A stretch of 64,000 nucleotides of DNA from Euglena gracilis (GCA_039621445.1 CP154954.1:17700589-17764588), one strand, 5' to 3'. Shown: positions 33,415 to 47,700, counted from the stretch's first letter. Translations and numbers: made by a program. The notes: generated by a model not told the origin, from the letters alone.

Positions 33415-34670
33415 CCTACAGTCTCCAAATGGACCTGAACCTGTCACTGAGCTAGAATCGACCCTAAAAAAGCCTCATGGTTGAGGTGAGTGTTTGGCAG
33501 GTGAGTAAGCTGCACACCGAAGAGAGCCATTCCAGGTGGTGTTTGGGGTCGTGTTTGACAAGTTATATCTGAGAATTTGCCATCGTGGTCGGTGTGTGCA
33601 AATGCGCACGTCGTCATGGTGTGCCCATTTTCCACTCCGACAACGTCCATCTTTACGTGCTTGAAACTGTGTTAACACCGACCACGTGCGCATTTGCGCA
33701 AACCGACCACTTTTTTTTATTCCGACCTAGCGCTGATACATGTGTTTTTCAGTGCATTTCTGTCTGTTTTCGGAGCAAGGCTGCGTCGTAAGCTCTTCCG
33801 ATTATTGTTGTTTCAAAAAGGCTCCAAGTAAAGAGGTCCGTTTACGTTCCATGATGCTGGTCGCATCCCTTTTTTTCAGATGGACATGAGGTCGGTTTGC
33901 GCAAATGTGCACACGTTGTCGATTTGCGCATTTGCGCAAACCGACCTCATCTTCTGTCCAAAAATAACGGTATCTACCACATCATCTTCAGCAGTGTGAA
34001 TTCTCAGGTGTTTGTGGCCGTTCTTGGGGGAACGGTACAATGGTCGATGTGCGAAATTGCGCACCAATCACTCCACGTAAATTTGTGTGATCCCCTCTCC
34101 CGTTTCATCGCGATACAATTTGGTTGAACGCATCCCCACTGCAAATTCGGTGGGGACTCGCGACATTTCCCTCCCCTTCAAACCACTTTCCCTTCACCCT
34201 GCACGGCCTTCACAGGATCCCCTGGCACGTTTTCTTTTCTGCATTCTTGGCTGGCGGCGTGATTAGACCCGCCCTGGCCCCCCTATACTTGTTCCCTGTG
34301 CTCCGGCAACGTCAAAAACACAAGGTCAAGGTTGGCAAAAACAAAAAAGTGCGTCATGCCGACCACCAAAAAAAAACAGCAAAAAACACGAAATTTGCGG
34401 GACCGCCGAGACCAAAAATGGAAATTCAGCCGGATTCATCGTCCGCCTGTCGCCTCTCGCCCTCACCTCTTGCAACACCGGCGCCTAAATCAAAAAATTG
34501 GTCGCTTTGTGCAAATCAACCAAAAAAAGTTTAAGTGCGAGATGCACCGCCTAAGTTCCATTCAGGCCGTTGGCCTCGCAATACATGTTTGCCGATTATG
34601 AAGCACAGTTAATTGAATGCCTGCGCGATACCCTAAGTCTCCACCAGCCAAAAATGACTGATTGGCTGCT

Positions 34671-34833
34671 GTTATATTATGTTATATTATACCATATTAT
34701 ATTATATTACATTACATCAATTGTATTACATTAATTATCTTACATTTTGTTATATTATATTATATTATATTATTACATTCTATTGTGTTATAGGATATTA
34801 TATTATAGTATAGTATATTATATTATATTATAT
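34671..34833. repeat. Degenerate (ATATT)n simple repeat
   Basis: Direct reading of the sequence. Confidence 0.9.
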
Positions 34834-34895
34834 TGTGTGTTGTATTTTGTTGGCTGCCGCCACATAGTGTGGAAGTAAAACCATTTTTGCCCCAG

Positions 34896-35074
34896 GCCCA
34901 CGCTTTGTGTTGAACTCCGTGCTTGACGCAATGGCCAAGACCCCCAACCTGGGGACGAAGACGGGCAAGGGTTTCTATTCTTATGACTCCAAGGGCAAGC
35001 AGGGGGAGCTGGAGAAGGACACCCTCAAGAAGTTCGGTGCCTTGACAGGGGACGAGAAGTTCAACTATGATGAG
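34896..35074 (+). CDS. Exon of a fatty-acid beta-oxidation multifunctional enzyme (HADHA/FadJ-like 3-hydroxyacyl-CoA dehydrogenase C-terminal region)
   Basis: cag|...|gtgcg; peptide PRFVLNSVLDAMAKTPNLGTKTGKGFYSYD contains the family motif LGxKxGKGFYxY. Confidence 0.88.
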
Positions 35075-35406
35075 GTGCGAACTGCTGCAGAGATTCCTTT
35101 TGGACAGAATATAATAGGCCGAAAACTGTTTCAAAAAAAGACAAATGGCAGTTGCATGGATGGGAGTAGAGGGTGATTATACTCTGACAGCATTATTATC
35201 CATGACTAAAAGGTAGAGATACTGGCCGGAAAATGGGGCGAGATTGTGACGTGGATGTTTACATGAATGCAGAACAGCAATGGTGTCAACAAAGGTGTCC
35301 ACACGGGCCAAACTGGGTTTGGAGGGAGCCCAACCTGGGACGAAGGGTTGGGGGACGGGCAGTTGCTGAATTGGTGTTGGCGGGGGCGGACGGATGGTGT
35401 CCTCCT

Positions 35407-35482
35407 GGCAGCGGTGACGACCCCCAAGTCCCCAGAGTCATCGCATGATGGATGGTCAAACCTCAGAGAAGTCTGAGCTGCC
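35407..35482 (+). ncRNA. Box C/D snoRNA-like gene A (first copy; one per array unit)
   Basis: Terminal stem GGCAGC/GCTGCC; C box GTGACGA (perfect GTGATGA in units 2 and 4); D'-like CAGA; C' ATGATGG; D box CTGA; 76 nt. Confidence 0.8.
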
Positions 35483-35665
35483 CCCCGGAGGATTGTTCCC
35501 GGTTGGGTGGGGTGTGGGCTGGGCCGGGGTCGACATTGGTTTCGCTTTTAGCGCACACGAAATCGCACAGCACAACAGGTGCGCACGCACACGGGCGCAG
35601 AGACACAGACCCAGAGCCAGGCGGGAAGGGGGGTTGGGGAGGAGGTGTGGTGACCAACCCGCATG

Positions 35666-35742
35666 GGGGCTCGATGATGCCAACCCACAAGTCTTCTGCT
35701 CTGTGATGCACATCTCAACTTGGTCGATGCTACTGAGGCCCC
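35666..35742 (+). ncRNA. Box C/D snoRNA-like gene B (first copy; one per array unit)
   Basis: Terminal stem GGGGCT/GGCCCC; C box ATGATGC; D'-like CTGC; C' GTGATGC; D box CTGA; 77 nt. Confidence 0.78.
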
Positions 35743-38700
35743 TGGAACACCTGTTTGGTCGTGTTCCCGCACGACAGGTGATTTTTTTTTTCAGGGCTGA
35801 TTGGGGCCCATCCATTTCTGTTACAGCCTGCGCATTGGACGGGTGACGTTGCTGGCTGGAAAATGGGGGTTGAGAGGGCTGGCCGCGGGGTGTGGCTGCG
35901 TGGAATGGCGGCTGTTTTGGCCGCAGTCACTCCAGTGAGCAGGAGGCAGGGCCATGGGTGGTTGGCTCACCACCAGCTCCGTGTTGGTGGTAAGTTTTCT
36001 TCACGCAAAAAAACCACATTCATCCACACCCACAAACACTGTGTGGTTGTGGGTTGGTGTGGGGGGGGGGGGGGGGGCAGCCTTAATATCCTCCAGCACG
36101 CCAATCCGATGGTGCTGCTGGCCGGAAAATGGGGCGAGATTGTGACGTGGATGTTTACATGAATGCAGAACAGCCATGGTGTCAACAAAGGGTGCACGGG
36201 CCAAACTGGGTTTGGAGGGAGCCCAACCTGGGACGAAGGGTTGGGGGACAGGCAGTTGCTGAATTGGTGTTGGCGGGGGCGGACGGATGGTGTCCTCCTG
36301 GCAGCGGTGATGACCCCCAAGTCCCCAGAGTCATCGCATGATGGATGGTCAAACCTCAGAGAAGTCTGAGCTGCCCCGGAGGATTGTTCCCGGTTGGGTG
36401 GGGTGTGGGCTGGGCCGGGGTCGGCATTGGTTTCGCTTTTAGCGCACACGAAATCGCACAGCACAACAGGTGCGCATGCACACGGGCGCAGAGACACAGA
36501 CCCAGACCCAGGCGGGAAGGGGGTTGGGGAGGAGGTGTGGTGGCCAACCCGCATGGGGGCTCGATGATGCCAACCCACAAGTCTTCTGCTCTGTGATGCA
36601 CATCTCAACTTGGTCGATGCTACTGAGGCCCCTGGAACACCTGTTTGGTCGTGTTCCCGCACGACAGGTTATTTTTTTTCAAGGCTGATTGGGGCCCATC
36701 CATTTCTGTTACAGCCTGCGCATTGGACGGGTGACGTTGCTGGCTGGAAAATGGGGGTTGAGAGGGCTGGCCGCGGGGTGTGGCTGCGTGGAATGGCGGC
36801 TGTTTTGGCCACAGTCACTCCAGTGAGCAGGAGGCAGGGCCATGGGTGGTTGGCTCACCACCAGCTCCGTGTTGGTGGTAAGTTTTCTTCACGCAAAAAA
36901 ACCACATTCATCCACATCCACAAACACTGTGTGGTTGTGGGTTGGTGTGGGGGGGGGGTGGCAGCCTTAATATCCTCCAGCACGCCAATCCGATGGTGCT
37001 GCTGGCCGGAAAATGGGGCGAGATTGTGACGTGGATGTTTACATGAATGCAGAACAGCCATGGTGCCAACAAAGGGTGCACGGGCCAAACTGGGTTTGGA
37101 GGGAGCCCAACCTGGGACGAAGGGTTGGGGGACGGGCAGTTGCTGAATTGGCGTTGGCGGGGGCGGACGGATGGTGTCCTCCTGGCAGCGGTGACGACCC
37201 CCAAGTCCCCAGAGTCATCGCATGATGGATGGTCAAACCTCAGAGAAGTCTGAGCTGCCCCCCGGAGGATTGTTCCCGGTTGGGTGGGGTGTGGGCTGGG
37301 CCGGGGTCGGCATTGGTTTCGCTTTTAGCGCACACGAAATCGCACAGCACAACAGGTGCGCACAGGCGGGAAGGGGGGTTGGGGAGGAGGTGTGGTGGCC
37401 AACCCGCATGGGGGCTCGATGATGCCAACCCACAAGTCTTCTGCTCTGTGATGCACATCTCAACTTGGTCGATGCTACTGAGGCCCCTGGAACACCTGTT
37501 TGGTCGTGTTCCCGCACGACAGGTGTTTTTTTTTCAGGGCTGATTGGGGCCCATCCATTTCTGTTACAGCCTGCGCATTGGACGGGTGACGTTGCTGGCT
37601 GGAAAATGGGGGTTGAGAGGGCTGGCCGCGGGGTGTGGCTGCGTGGAATGGCGGCTGTTTTGGCCGCAGTCACTCCAGCGAGCAGGAGGCAGGGCCATGG
37701 GTGGTTGGCTCACCACCAGCTCCGTGTTGGTGGTAAGTTTTCTTCACGCAAAAAAACCACATTCATCCACATCCACAAACACTGTGTGGTTGTGGGTTGG
37801 TGTGGGGGGGGGGTGGCAGCCTTAATATCCTCCAGCACGCCAATCCGATGGTGCTGCTGGCCGGAAAATGGGGCGAGATTGTGACGTGGATGTTTACATG
37901 AATGCAGAACAGCCATGGTGTCAACAAAGGGTGCACGGGCCAAACTGGGTTTGGAGGGAGCCCAACCTGGGACGAAGGGTTGGGGGACGGGCAGTTGCTG
38001 AATTGGTGTTGGCGGGGGCGGACGGATGGTGTCCTCCTGGCAGCGGTGATGACCCCCAAGTCCCCAGAGTCATCGCATGATGGATGGTCAAACCTCAGAG
38101 AAGTCTGAGCTGCCCCGGAGGATTGTTCCCGGTTGGGTGGGGTGTGGGCTGGGCCGGGGTCGGCATTGGTTTCGCTTTTAGCGCACACGAAATCGCACAG
38201 CACAACAGGTGCGCATGCACACGGGCGCAGAGACACAGACCCAGACCCAGGCGGGAAGGGGGTTGGGGAGGAGGTGTGGTGGCCAACCCGCATGGGGGCT
38301 CGATGATGCCAACCCACAAGTCTTCTGCTCTGTGATGCACATCTCAACTTGGTCGATGCTACTGAGGCCCCTGGAACACCTGTTTGGTCGTGTTCCCGCA
38401 CGACAGGTGATTTTTTTTCAGGGCTGATTGGGGCCCATCCATTTCTGTTACAGCCTGCGCATTGGACGGGTGACGTTGCTGGCTGGAAAATGGGGGTTGA
38501 GAGGGCTGGCCGCGGGGTGTGGCTGCGTGGAATGGCGGCTGTTTTGGCCACAGTCACTCCAGTGAGCAGGGGGCAGGGCCATGGGTGGTTGGCTCACCAC
38601 CAGCTCCGTGTTGGTGGTAAGTTTTCTTCACGCAAAAAAACCACATTCATCCACATCCACAAACACTGTGTGGTTGTGGGTTGGTGTGGGGGGGGGGGGT

Positions 38701-41700
38701 GGCAGCCTTAATATCCTCCAGCACGCCAATCCGATGGTGCTGCTGGCCGGAAAATGGGGCGAGATTGTGACGTGGATGTTTACATGAATGCAGAACAGCC
38801 ATGGTGTCAACAAAGGGTGCACGGGCCAAACTGGGTTTGGAGGGAGCCCAACCTGGGACGAAGGGTTGGGGGACGGGCAGTTGCTGAATTGGTGTTGGCG
38901 GGGGCGGACGGATGGTGTCCTCCTGGCAGCGGTGACGACCCCCAAGTCCCCAGAGTCATCGCATGATGGATGGTCAAACCTCAGAGAAGTCTGAGCTGCC
39001 CCCCGGAGGATTGTTCCCGGTTGGGTGGGGTGTGGGCTGGGCCGGGGTCGGCATTGGTTTCGCTTTTAGCGCACACGAAATCGCACAGCACAACAGGTGC
39101 GCACAGGCGGGAAGGGGGGTTGGGGAGGAGGTGTGGTGGCCAACCCGCATGGGGGCTCGATGATGCCAACCCACAAGTCTTCTGCTCTGTGATGCACATC
39201 TCAACTTGGTCGATGCTACTGAGGCCCCTGGAACACCTGTTTGGTCGTGTTCCCGCACGACAGGTGATTTTTTTTTAGGGCTGATTGGGGCCCATCCATT
39301 TCTGTTACAGCCTGCGCATTGGACGGGTGACGTTGCTGGCTGGAAAATGGGGGTTGAGAGGGCTGGCCGCGGGGTGTGGCTGCGTGGAATGGCGGCTGTT
39401 TTGGCCACAGTCACTCCAGTGAGCAGGAGGCAGGGCCATGGGTGGTTGGCTCACCACCAGCTCCGTGTTGGTGGTAAGTTTTCTTCACGCAAAAAAACCA
39501 CATTCATCCACATCCACAAACACTGTGTGGTTGTGGGTTGGTGTGGGGGGGGGGTGGCAGCCTTAATATCCTCCAGCACGCCAATCCGATGGTGCTGCTG
39601 GCCGGAAAATGGGGCGAGATTGTGACGTGGATGTTTACATGAATGCAGAACAGCCATGGTGCCAACAAAGGGTGCACGGGCCAAACTGGGTTTGGAGGGA
39701 GCCCAACCTGGGACGAAGGGTTGGGGGACGGGCAGTTGCTGAATTGGTGTTGGCGGGGGCGGACGGATGGTGTCCTCCTGGCAGCGGTGACGACCCCCAA
39801 GTCCCCAGAGTCATCGCATGATGGATGGTCAAACCTCAGAGAAGTCTGAGCTGCCCCCCGGAGGATTGTTCCCGGTTGGGTGGGGTGTGGGCTGGGCCGG
39901 GGTCGGCATTGGTTTCGCTTTTAGCGCACACGAAATCGCACAGCACAACAGGTGCGCACAGGCGCGTAGGGGGGTTGGGGACGCCGTGGGGTGGCCAACC
40001 CGCATGGGGGCTCGATGATGCCAACCCACAAGTCTTCTGCTCTGTGATGCACATCTCAACTTGGTCGATGCTACTGAGGCCCCTGGAACACCTGTTTGGT
40101 CGTGTTCCCGCACGACAGGTGTTTTTTTTTTCAGGGCTGATTGGGGCCCATCCATTTCTGTTACAGCCTGCGCATTGGACGGGTGACGTTGCTGGCTGGA
40201 AAATGGGGGTTGAGAGGGCTGGCCGCGGGGTGTGGCTGCGTGGAATGGCGGCTGTTTTGGCCGCAGTCACTCCAGCGAGCAGGAGGCAGGGCCATGGGTG
40301 GTTGGCTCACCACCAGCTCCGTGTTGGTGGTAAGTTTTCTTCACGCAAAAAAACCACATTCATCCACATCCACAAACACTGTGTGGTTGTGGGTTGGTGT
40401 GGGGGGGGGGGGTGGCAGCCTTAATATCCTCCAGCACGCCAATCCGATGGTGCTGCTGGCCGGAAAATGGGGCGAGATTGTGACGTGGATGTTTACATGA
40501 ATGCAGAACAGCCATGGTGTCAACAAAGGGTGCACGGGCCAAACTGGGTTTGGAGGGAGCCCAACCTGGGACGAAGGGTTGGGGGACGGGCAGTTGCTGA
40601 ATTGGTGTTGGCGGGGGCGGACGGATGGTGTCCTCCTGGCAGCGGTGACGACCCCCAAGTCCCCAGAGTCATCGCATGATGGATGGTCAAACCTCAGAGA
40701 AGTCTGAGCTGCCCCGGAGGATTGTTCCCGGTTGGGTGGGGTGGGCTGTGCCGGGGTCGGCATTGGTTGCGCTTTTAGCGCACACGAAATCGAGCAGCAC
40801 AACAGGTGCGCATGCACACGGGCGCAGAGAAACAGACCCAGACCCAGGCGGGAAGGGGGGTGGGGGAGGTGTGGTGGCCAACCCGCATGGGGGCTCGATG
40901 ATGCCAACCCACAAGTCTTCTGCTCTGTGATGCACATCTCAACTTGGTCGATGCTACTGAGGCCCCTGGAACACCTGTTTGGTCGTGTTCCCGCACGACA
41001 GGTGATTTTTTTTCAGGGCTGATTGGGGCCCATCCATTTCTGTTACAGCCTGCGCATTGGACGGGTGACGTTGCTGGCTGGAAAATGGGGGTTGAGAGGG
41101 CTGGCCGCGGGGTGTGGCTGCGTGGAATGGCGGCTGTTTTGGCCACAGTCACTCCAGTGAGCAGGAGGCAGGGCCATGGGTGGTTGGCTCACCACCAGCT
41201 CCGTGTTGGTGGTAAGTTTTCTTCACGCAAAAAAACCACATTCATCCACATCCACAAACACTGTGTGGTTGTGGGTTGGTGTGGGGGGGGGGGGTGGCAG
41301 CCTTAATATCCTCCAGCACGCCAATCCGATGGTGCTGCTGGCCGGAAAATGGGGCGAGATTGTGACGTGGATGTTTTATGAATGCAGAACAGCCATGGTG
41401 CCAACAAAGGGTGCACGGGCCAAACTGGGTTTGGAGGGAGCCCAACCTGGGACGAAGGGTTGGGGGACGGGCAGTTGCTGAATTGGTGTTGGCGGGGGCG
41501 GACGGATGGTGTCCTCCTGGCAGCGGTGACGACCCCCAAGTCCCCAGAGTCATCGCATGATGGATGGTCAAACCTCAGAGAAGTCTGAGCTGCCCCCCGG
41601 AGGATTGTTCCCGGTTGGGTGGGGTGTGGGCTGGGCCGGGGTCGGCATTGGTTTCGCTTTTAGCGCACACGAAATCGCACAGCACAACAGGTGCGCACAG

Positions 41701-44700
41701 GCGGGAAGGGCGATTGGGGAGCAGGCCTGGTGGCAAACCCGTATGGGGGCTCGATGATGCCATTCCACAAGACTTCTGCTCTGTGATGCACATCTCAACT
41801 TGGTAGATGCTACTGAGGCCCCTGGAACACCTGATTGGTCGTGTTGCCGCACAACAGTTGTTTTTTTTCAGGGCTGATTGGGGCCCATCCATTTCTGTTA
41901 CAGCCTGCGCATTGGACGGGTGACGTTGCTGGCTGGAAAATGGGGGTTGAGAGGGCTGGCCGCGGGGTGTGGCTGCGTGGAATGGCGGCTGTTTTGGCCG
42001 CAGTCACTCCAGCGAGCAGGAGGCAGGGCCATGGGTGGTTGGCTCACCACCAGCTCCGTGTTGGTGGTAAGTTTTCTTCACGCAAAAAAACCACATTCAT
42101 CCACATCCACAAACACTGTGTGGTTGTGGGTTGGTGTGGGGGGGGGTGGCAGCCTTAATATCCTCCAGCACGCCAATCCGATGGTGCTGCTGGCCGGAAA
42201 ATGGGGCGAGATTGTGACGTGGATGTTTACATGAATGCAGAACAGCCATGGTGTCAACAAAGGGTGCACGGGCCAAACTGGGTTTGGAGGGAGCCCAACC
42301 TGGGACGAAGGGTTGGGGGACGGGCAGTTGCTGAATTGGTGTTGGCGGGGGCGGACGGATGGTGTCCTCCTGGCAGCGGTGACGACCCCCAAGTCCCCAG
42401 AGTCATCGCATGATGGATGGTCAAACCTCAGAGAAGTCTGAGCTGCCCCCCGGAGGATTGTTCCCGGTTGGGTGGGGTGTGGGCTGGGCCGGGGTCGGCA
42501 TTGGTTTCACTTTTAGCGCACACGAAATCGCACAGCACAACAGGTGCGCACAGGCGGGAAGGGGGGTTGGGGAGGAGGTGTGGTGACCAACCCGCATGGG
42601 GGCTCGATGATGCCAACCCACAAGTCTTCTGCTCTGTGATGCACATCTCAACTTGGTCGATGCCACTGAGGCCCCTGGAACACCTGTTTGGTCGTGTTCC
42701 CGCACGACAGGTGATTTTTTTTCAGGGCTGATTGGGGCCCATCCATTTCTGTTACAGCCTGCGCATTGGACGGGTGACGTTGCTGGCTGGAAAATGGGGG
42801 TTGAGAGGGCTGGCCGCGGGGTGTGGCTGCGTGGAATGGCGGCTGTTTTGGCCGCAGTCACTCCAGTGAGCAGGAGGCAGGGCCATGGGTGGTTGGCTCA
42901 CCACCAGCTCCGTGTTGGTGGTAAGTTTTCTTCACGCAAAAAAACCACATTCATCCACATCCACAAACACTGTGTGGTTGTGGGTTGGTGTGGGGGGGGG
43001 GGTGGCAGCCTTAATATCCTCCAGCACGCCAATCCGATGGTGCTGCTGGCCGGAAAATGGGGCGAGATTGTGACGTGGATGTTTACATGAATGCAGAACA
43101 GCCATGGTGTCAACAAAGGGTGCACGGGCCAAACTGGGTTTGGAGGGAGCCCAACCTGGGACGAAGGGTTGGGGGACGGGCAGTTGCTGAATTGGTGTTG
43201 GCGGGGGCGGACGGATGGTGTCCTCCTGGCAGCGGTGACGACCCCCAAGTCCCCAGAGTCATCGCATGATGGATGGTCAAACCTCAGAGAAGTCTGAGCT
43301 GCCCCGGAGGATTGTTCCCGGTTGGGTGGGGTGTGGGCTGGGCCGGGGTCGGCATTGGTTTCGCTTTTAGCGCACACGAAATCGCACAGCACAACAGGTG
43401 CGCATGCACACGGGCGCAGAGACACAGACCCAGACCCAGGCGGGAAGGGGGTTGGGGAGGAGGTGTGGTGGCCAACCCGCATGGGGGCTCGATGATGCCA
43501 ACCCACAAGTCTTCTGCTCTGTGATGCACATCTCAACTTGGTCGATGCTACTGAGGCCCCTGGAACACCTGTTTGGTCGTGTTCCCGCACGACAGGTGAT
43601 TTTTTTTCAGGGCTGATTGGGGCCCATCCATTTCTGTTACAGCCTGCGCATTGGACGGGTGACGTTGCTGGCTGGAAAATGGGGGTTGAGAGGGCTGGCC
43701 GCGGGGTGTGGCTGCGTGGAATGGCGGCTGTTTAGGCCAAAGTCACTCAAGTGAGAAGGAGGCAGGGCAATGGATGAATGGATAACCACAAGCTCCGTGT
43801 TGGTGATAAGTTTTTCTTCAAGCAAAAAAACCACATTCATCCACATCCACAAACACTGTGTGGTTGTGGGTTGGTGTGGGGGGGGGTGGCAGCCTTAATA
43901 TCCTCCAGCACGCCAATCCGATGGTGCTGCTGGCCGGAAAATGGGGCGAGATTGTGACGTGGATGTTTATATGAATGCAGAACAGCCATGGTGCCAACAA
44001 AGGGTGCACGGGCCAAACTGGGTTTGGAGGGAGCCCAACCTGGGACGAAGGGTTGGGGGACGGGCAGTTGCTGAATTGGTGTTGGCGGGGGCGGACGGAT
44101 GGTGTCCTCCTGGCAGCGGTGACGACCCCCAAGTCCCCAGAGTCATCGCATGATGGATGGTCAAACCTCAGAGAAGTCTGAGCTGCCCCCCGGAGGATTG
44201 TTCCCGGTTGGGTGGGGTGTGGGCTGGGCCGGGGTCGGCATTGGTTTCGCTTTTAGCGCACACGAAATCGCACAGCACAACAGGTGCGCACAGGCGGGAA
44301 GGGGGGTTGGGGAGGAGGTGTGGTGGCCAACCCGCATGGGGGCTCGATGATGCCAACCCACAAGTCTTCTGCTCTGTGATGCACATCTCAACTTGGTCGA
44401 TGCTACTGAGGCCCCTGGAACACCTGTTTGGTCGTGTTCCCGCACGACAGGTGTTTTTTTTTCAGGGCTGATTGGGGCCCATCCATGTCTGTTACAGCCT
44501 GCGCATTGGACGGGTGACGTTGCTGGCTGGAAAATGGGGGTTGAGAGGGCTGGCCGCGGGGTGGTGGCGTGGAATGGCGGCTGTTTTGGCCGCAGTCACT
44601 CCAGCGAGCAGGAGGCAGGGCCATGGGTGGTTGGCTCACCACCAGCTCCGTGTTGGTGGTAAGTTTTCTTCACGCAAAAAAACCACATTCATCCACATCC

Positions 44701-47700
44701 ACAAACACTGTGTGGTTGTGGGTTGGTGTGGGGGGGGGGGTGGCAGCCTTAATATCCTCCAGCACGCCAATCCGATGGTGCTGCTGGCCGGAAAATGGGG
44801 CGAGATTGTGACGTGGATGTTTACATGAATGCAGAACAGCCATGGTGTCAACAAAGGGTGCACGGGCCAAACTGGGTTTGGAGGGAGCCCAACCTGGGAC
44901 GAAGGGTTGGGGGACGGGCAGTTGCTGAATTGGTGTTGGCGGGGGCGGACGGATGGTGTCCTCCTGGCAGCGGTGACGACCCCCAAGTCCCCAGAGTCAT
45001 CGCATGATGGATGGTCAAACCTCAGAGAAGTCTGAGCTGCCCCCCGGAGGATTGTTCCCGGTTGGGTGGGGTGTGGGCTGGGCCGGGGTCGGCATTGGTT
45101 TCACTTTTAGCGCACACGAAATCGCACAGCACAACAGGTGCGCACAGGCGGGAAGGGGGGTTGGGGAGGAGGTGTGGTGACCAACCCGCATGGGGGCTCG
45201 ATGATGCCAACCCACAAGTCTTCTGCTCTGTGATGCACATCTCAACTTGGTCGATGCTACTGAGGCCCCTGGAACACCTGTTTGGTCGTGTTCCCGCACG
45301 ACAGGTGATTTTTCTTTCAGGGCTGATTGGGGCCCATCCATTTCTGTTACAGCCTGCGCATTGGACGGGTGACGTTGCTGGCTGGAAAATGGGGGTTGAG
45401 AGGGCTGGCCGCGGGGTGTGGCTGCGTGGAATGGCGGCTGTTTTGGCCGCAGTCACTCCAGTGAGCAGGAGGCAGGGCCATGGGTGGTTGGCTCACCACC
45501 AGCTCCGTGTTGGTGGTAAGTTTTCTTCACGCAAAAAACCCACATTCATCCACACCCACAAACACTGTGTGGTTGTGGGTTGGTGTGGGGGGGGGTGGCC
45601 TTAATATCCTCCAGCACGCCAATCCGATGGTGCTGCTGGCCGGAAAATGGGGCGAGATTGTGACGTGGATGTTTACATGAATGCAGAACAGCCATGGTGT
45701 CAACAAAGGGTGCACGGGCCAAACTGGGTTTGGAGGGAGCCCAACCTGGGACGAAGGGTTGGGGGACGGGCAGTTGCTGAATTGGTGTTGGCGGGGGCGG
45801 ACGGATGGTGTCCTCCTGGCAGCGGTGACGACCCCCAAGTCCCCAGAGTCATCGCATGATGGATGGTCAAACCTCAGAGAAGTCTGAGCTGCCCCCCGGA
45901 GGATTGTTCCCGGTTGGGTGGGGTGTGGGCTGGGCCGGGGTCGGCATTGGTTTCGCTTTTAGCGCACACGAAATCGCACAGCACAACAGGTGCGCACAGG
46001 CGGGAAGGGGGGTTGGGGAGGAGATGTGGTGACCAACCCGCATGGGGGCTCGATGATGCCAACCCACAAGTCTTCTGCTCTGTGATGCACATCTCAACTT
46101 GGTCGATGCTACTGAGGCCCCTGGAACACCTGTTTGGTCGTGTTCCCGCACGACAGGTGTTTTTTTTTCAGGGCTGATTGGGGCCCATCCATTTTTGTTC
46201 AAGCCTGCGCAGTGGAAGGGTTATGTTGCTGGCTGGAAAATGGGGGTTGAGAGGGCTGGCCGCGGGGTGTGGCTGCGTGGAATGGCGGCTGTTTTGGCCG
46301 CAGTCACTCCAGCGAGCAGGAGGCAGGGCCATGGGTGGTTGGCTCACCACCAGCTCCGTGTTGGTGGTAAGTTTTCTTCACGCAAAAAACCCACATTCAT
46401 CCACATCCACAAACACTGTGTGGTTGTGGGTTGGTGTGGGGGGGGGGGGTGGCAGCCTTAATATCCTCCAGCACGCCAATCCGATGGTGCTGCTGGCCGG
46501 AAAATGGGGCGAGATTGTGACGTGGATGTTTACATGAATGCAGAACAGCCATGGTGTCAACAAAGGGTGCACGGGCCAAACTGGGTTTGGAGGGAGCCCA
46601 ACCTGGGACGAAGGGTTGGGGGACGGGCAGTTGCTGAATTGGTGTTGGCGGGGGCGGACGGATGGTGTCCTCCTGGCAGCGGTGACGACCCCCAAGTCCC
46701 CAGAGTCATCGCATGATGGATGGTCAAACCTCAGAGAAGTCTGAGCTGCCCCCCGGAGGATTGTTCCCGGTTGGGTGGGGTGTGGGCTGGGCCGGGGTCG
46801 GCATTGGTTTCACTTTTAGCGCACACGAAATCGCACAGCACAACAGGTGCGCACAGGCGGGAAGGGGGGTTGGGGAGGAGGTGTGGTGACCAACCCGCAT
46901 GGGGGCTCGATGATGCCAACCCACAAGTCTTCTGCTCTGTGATGCACATCTCAACTTGGTCGATGCTACTGAGGCCCCTGGAACACCTGTTTGGTCGTGT
47001 TCCCGCACGACAGGTGTTTTTTTTTCAGGGCTGATTGGGGCCCATCCATTTCTGTTACAGCCTGCGCATTGGACGGGTGACGTTGCTGGCTGGAAAATGG
47101 GGGTTGAGAGGGCTGGCCGCGGGGTGTGGCTGCGTGGAATGGCGGCTGTTTTGGCCGCAGTCACTCCAGTGAGCAGGAGGCAGGGCCATGGGTGGTTGGC
47201 TCACCACCAGCTCCGTGTTGGTGGTAAGTTTTCTTCACGCAAAAAAACCACATTCATCCACACCCACAAACACTGTGTGGTTGTGGGTTGGTGTGGGGGG
47301 GGGGGGTGGCAGCCTTAATATCCTCCAGCACGCCAATCCGATGGTGCTGCTGGCCGGAAAATGGGGCGAGATTGTGACGTGGATGTTTACATGAATGCAG
47401 AACAGCCATGGTGTCAACAAAGGGTGCACGGGCCAAACTGGGTTTGGAGGGAGCCCAACCTGGGACGAAGGGTTGGGGGACGGGCAGTTGCTGAATTGGT
47501 GTTGGCGGGGGCGGACGGATGGTGTCCTCCTGGCAGCGGTGACGACCCCCAAGTCCCCAGAGTCATCGCATGATGGATGGTCAAACCTCAGAGAAGTCTG
47601 AGCTGCCCCCTGGAGGATTGTTCCCGGTTGGGTGGGGTGTGGGCTGGGCCGGGGTCGGCATTGGTTTCGCTTTTAGCGCACACGAAATCGCACAGCACAA

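Noticed and set aside
35680-36057. 11-nt complement between snoRNA B guide (ccaacccacaa) and ttgtgggttgg in the same unit, suggesting self-targeting
   Set aside because: The GT-rich site is already explained as one arm of a local hairpin and such low-complexity matches arise by chance.
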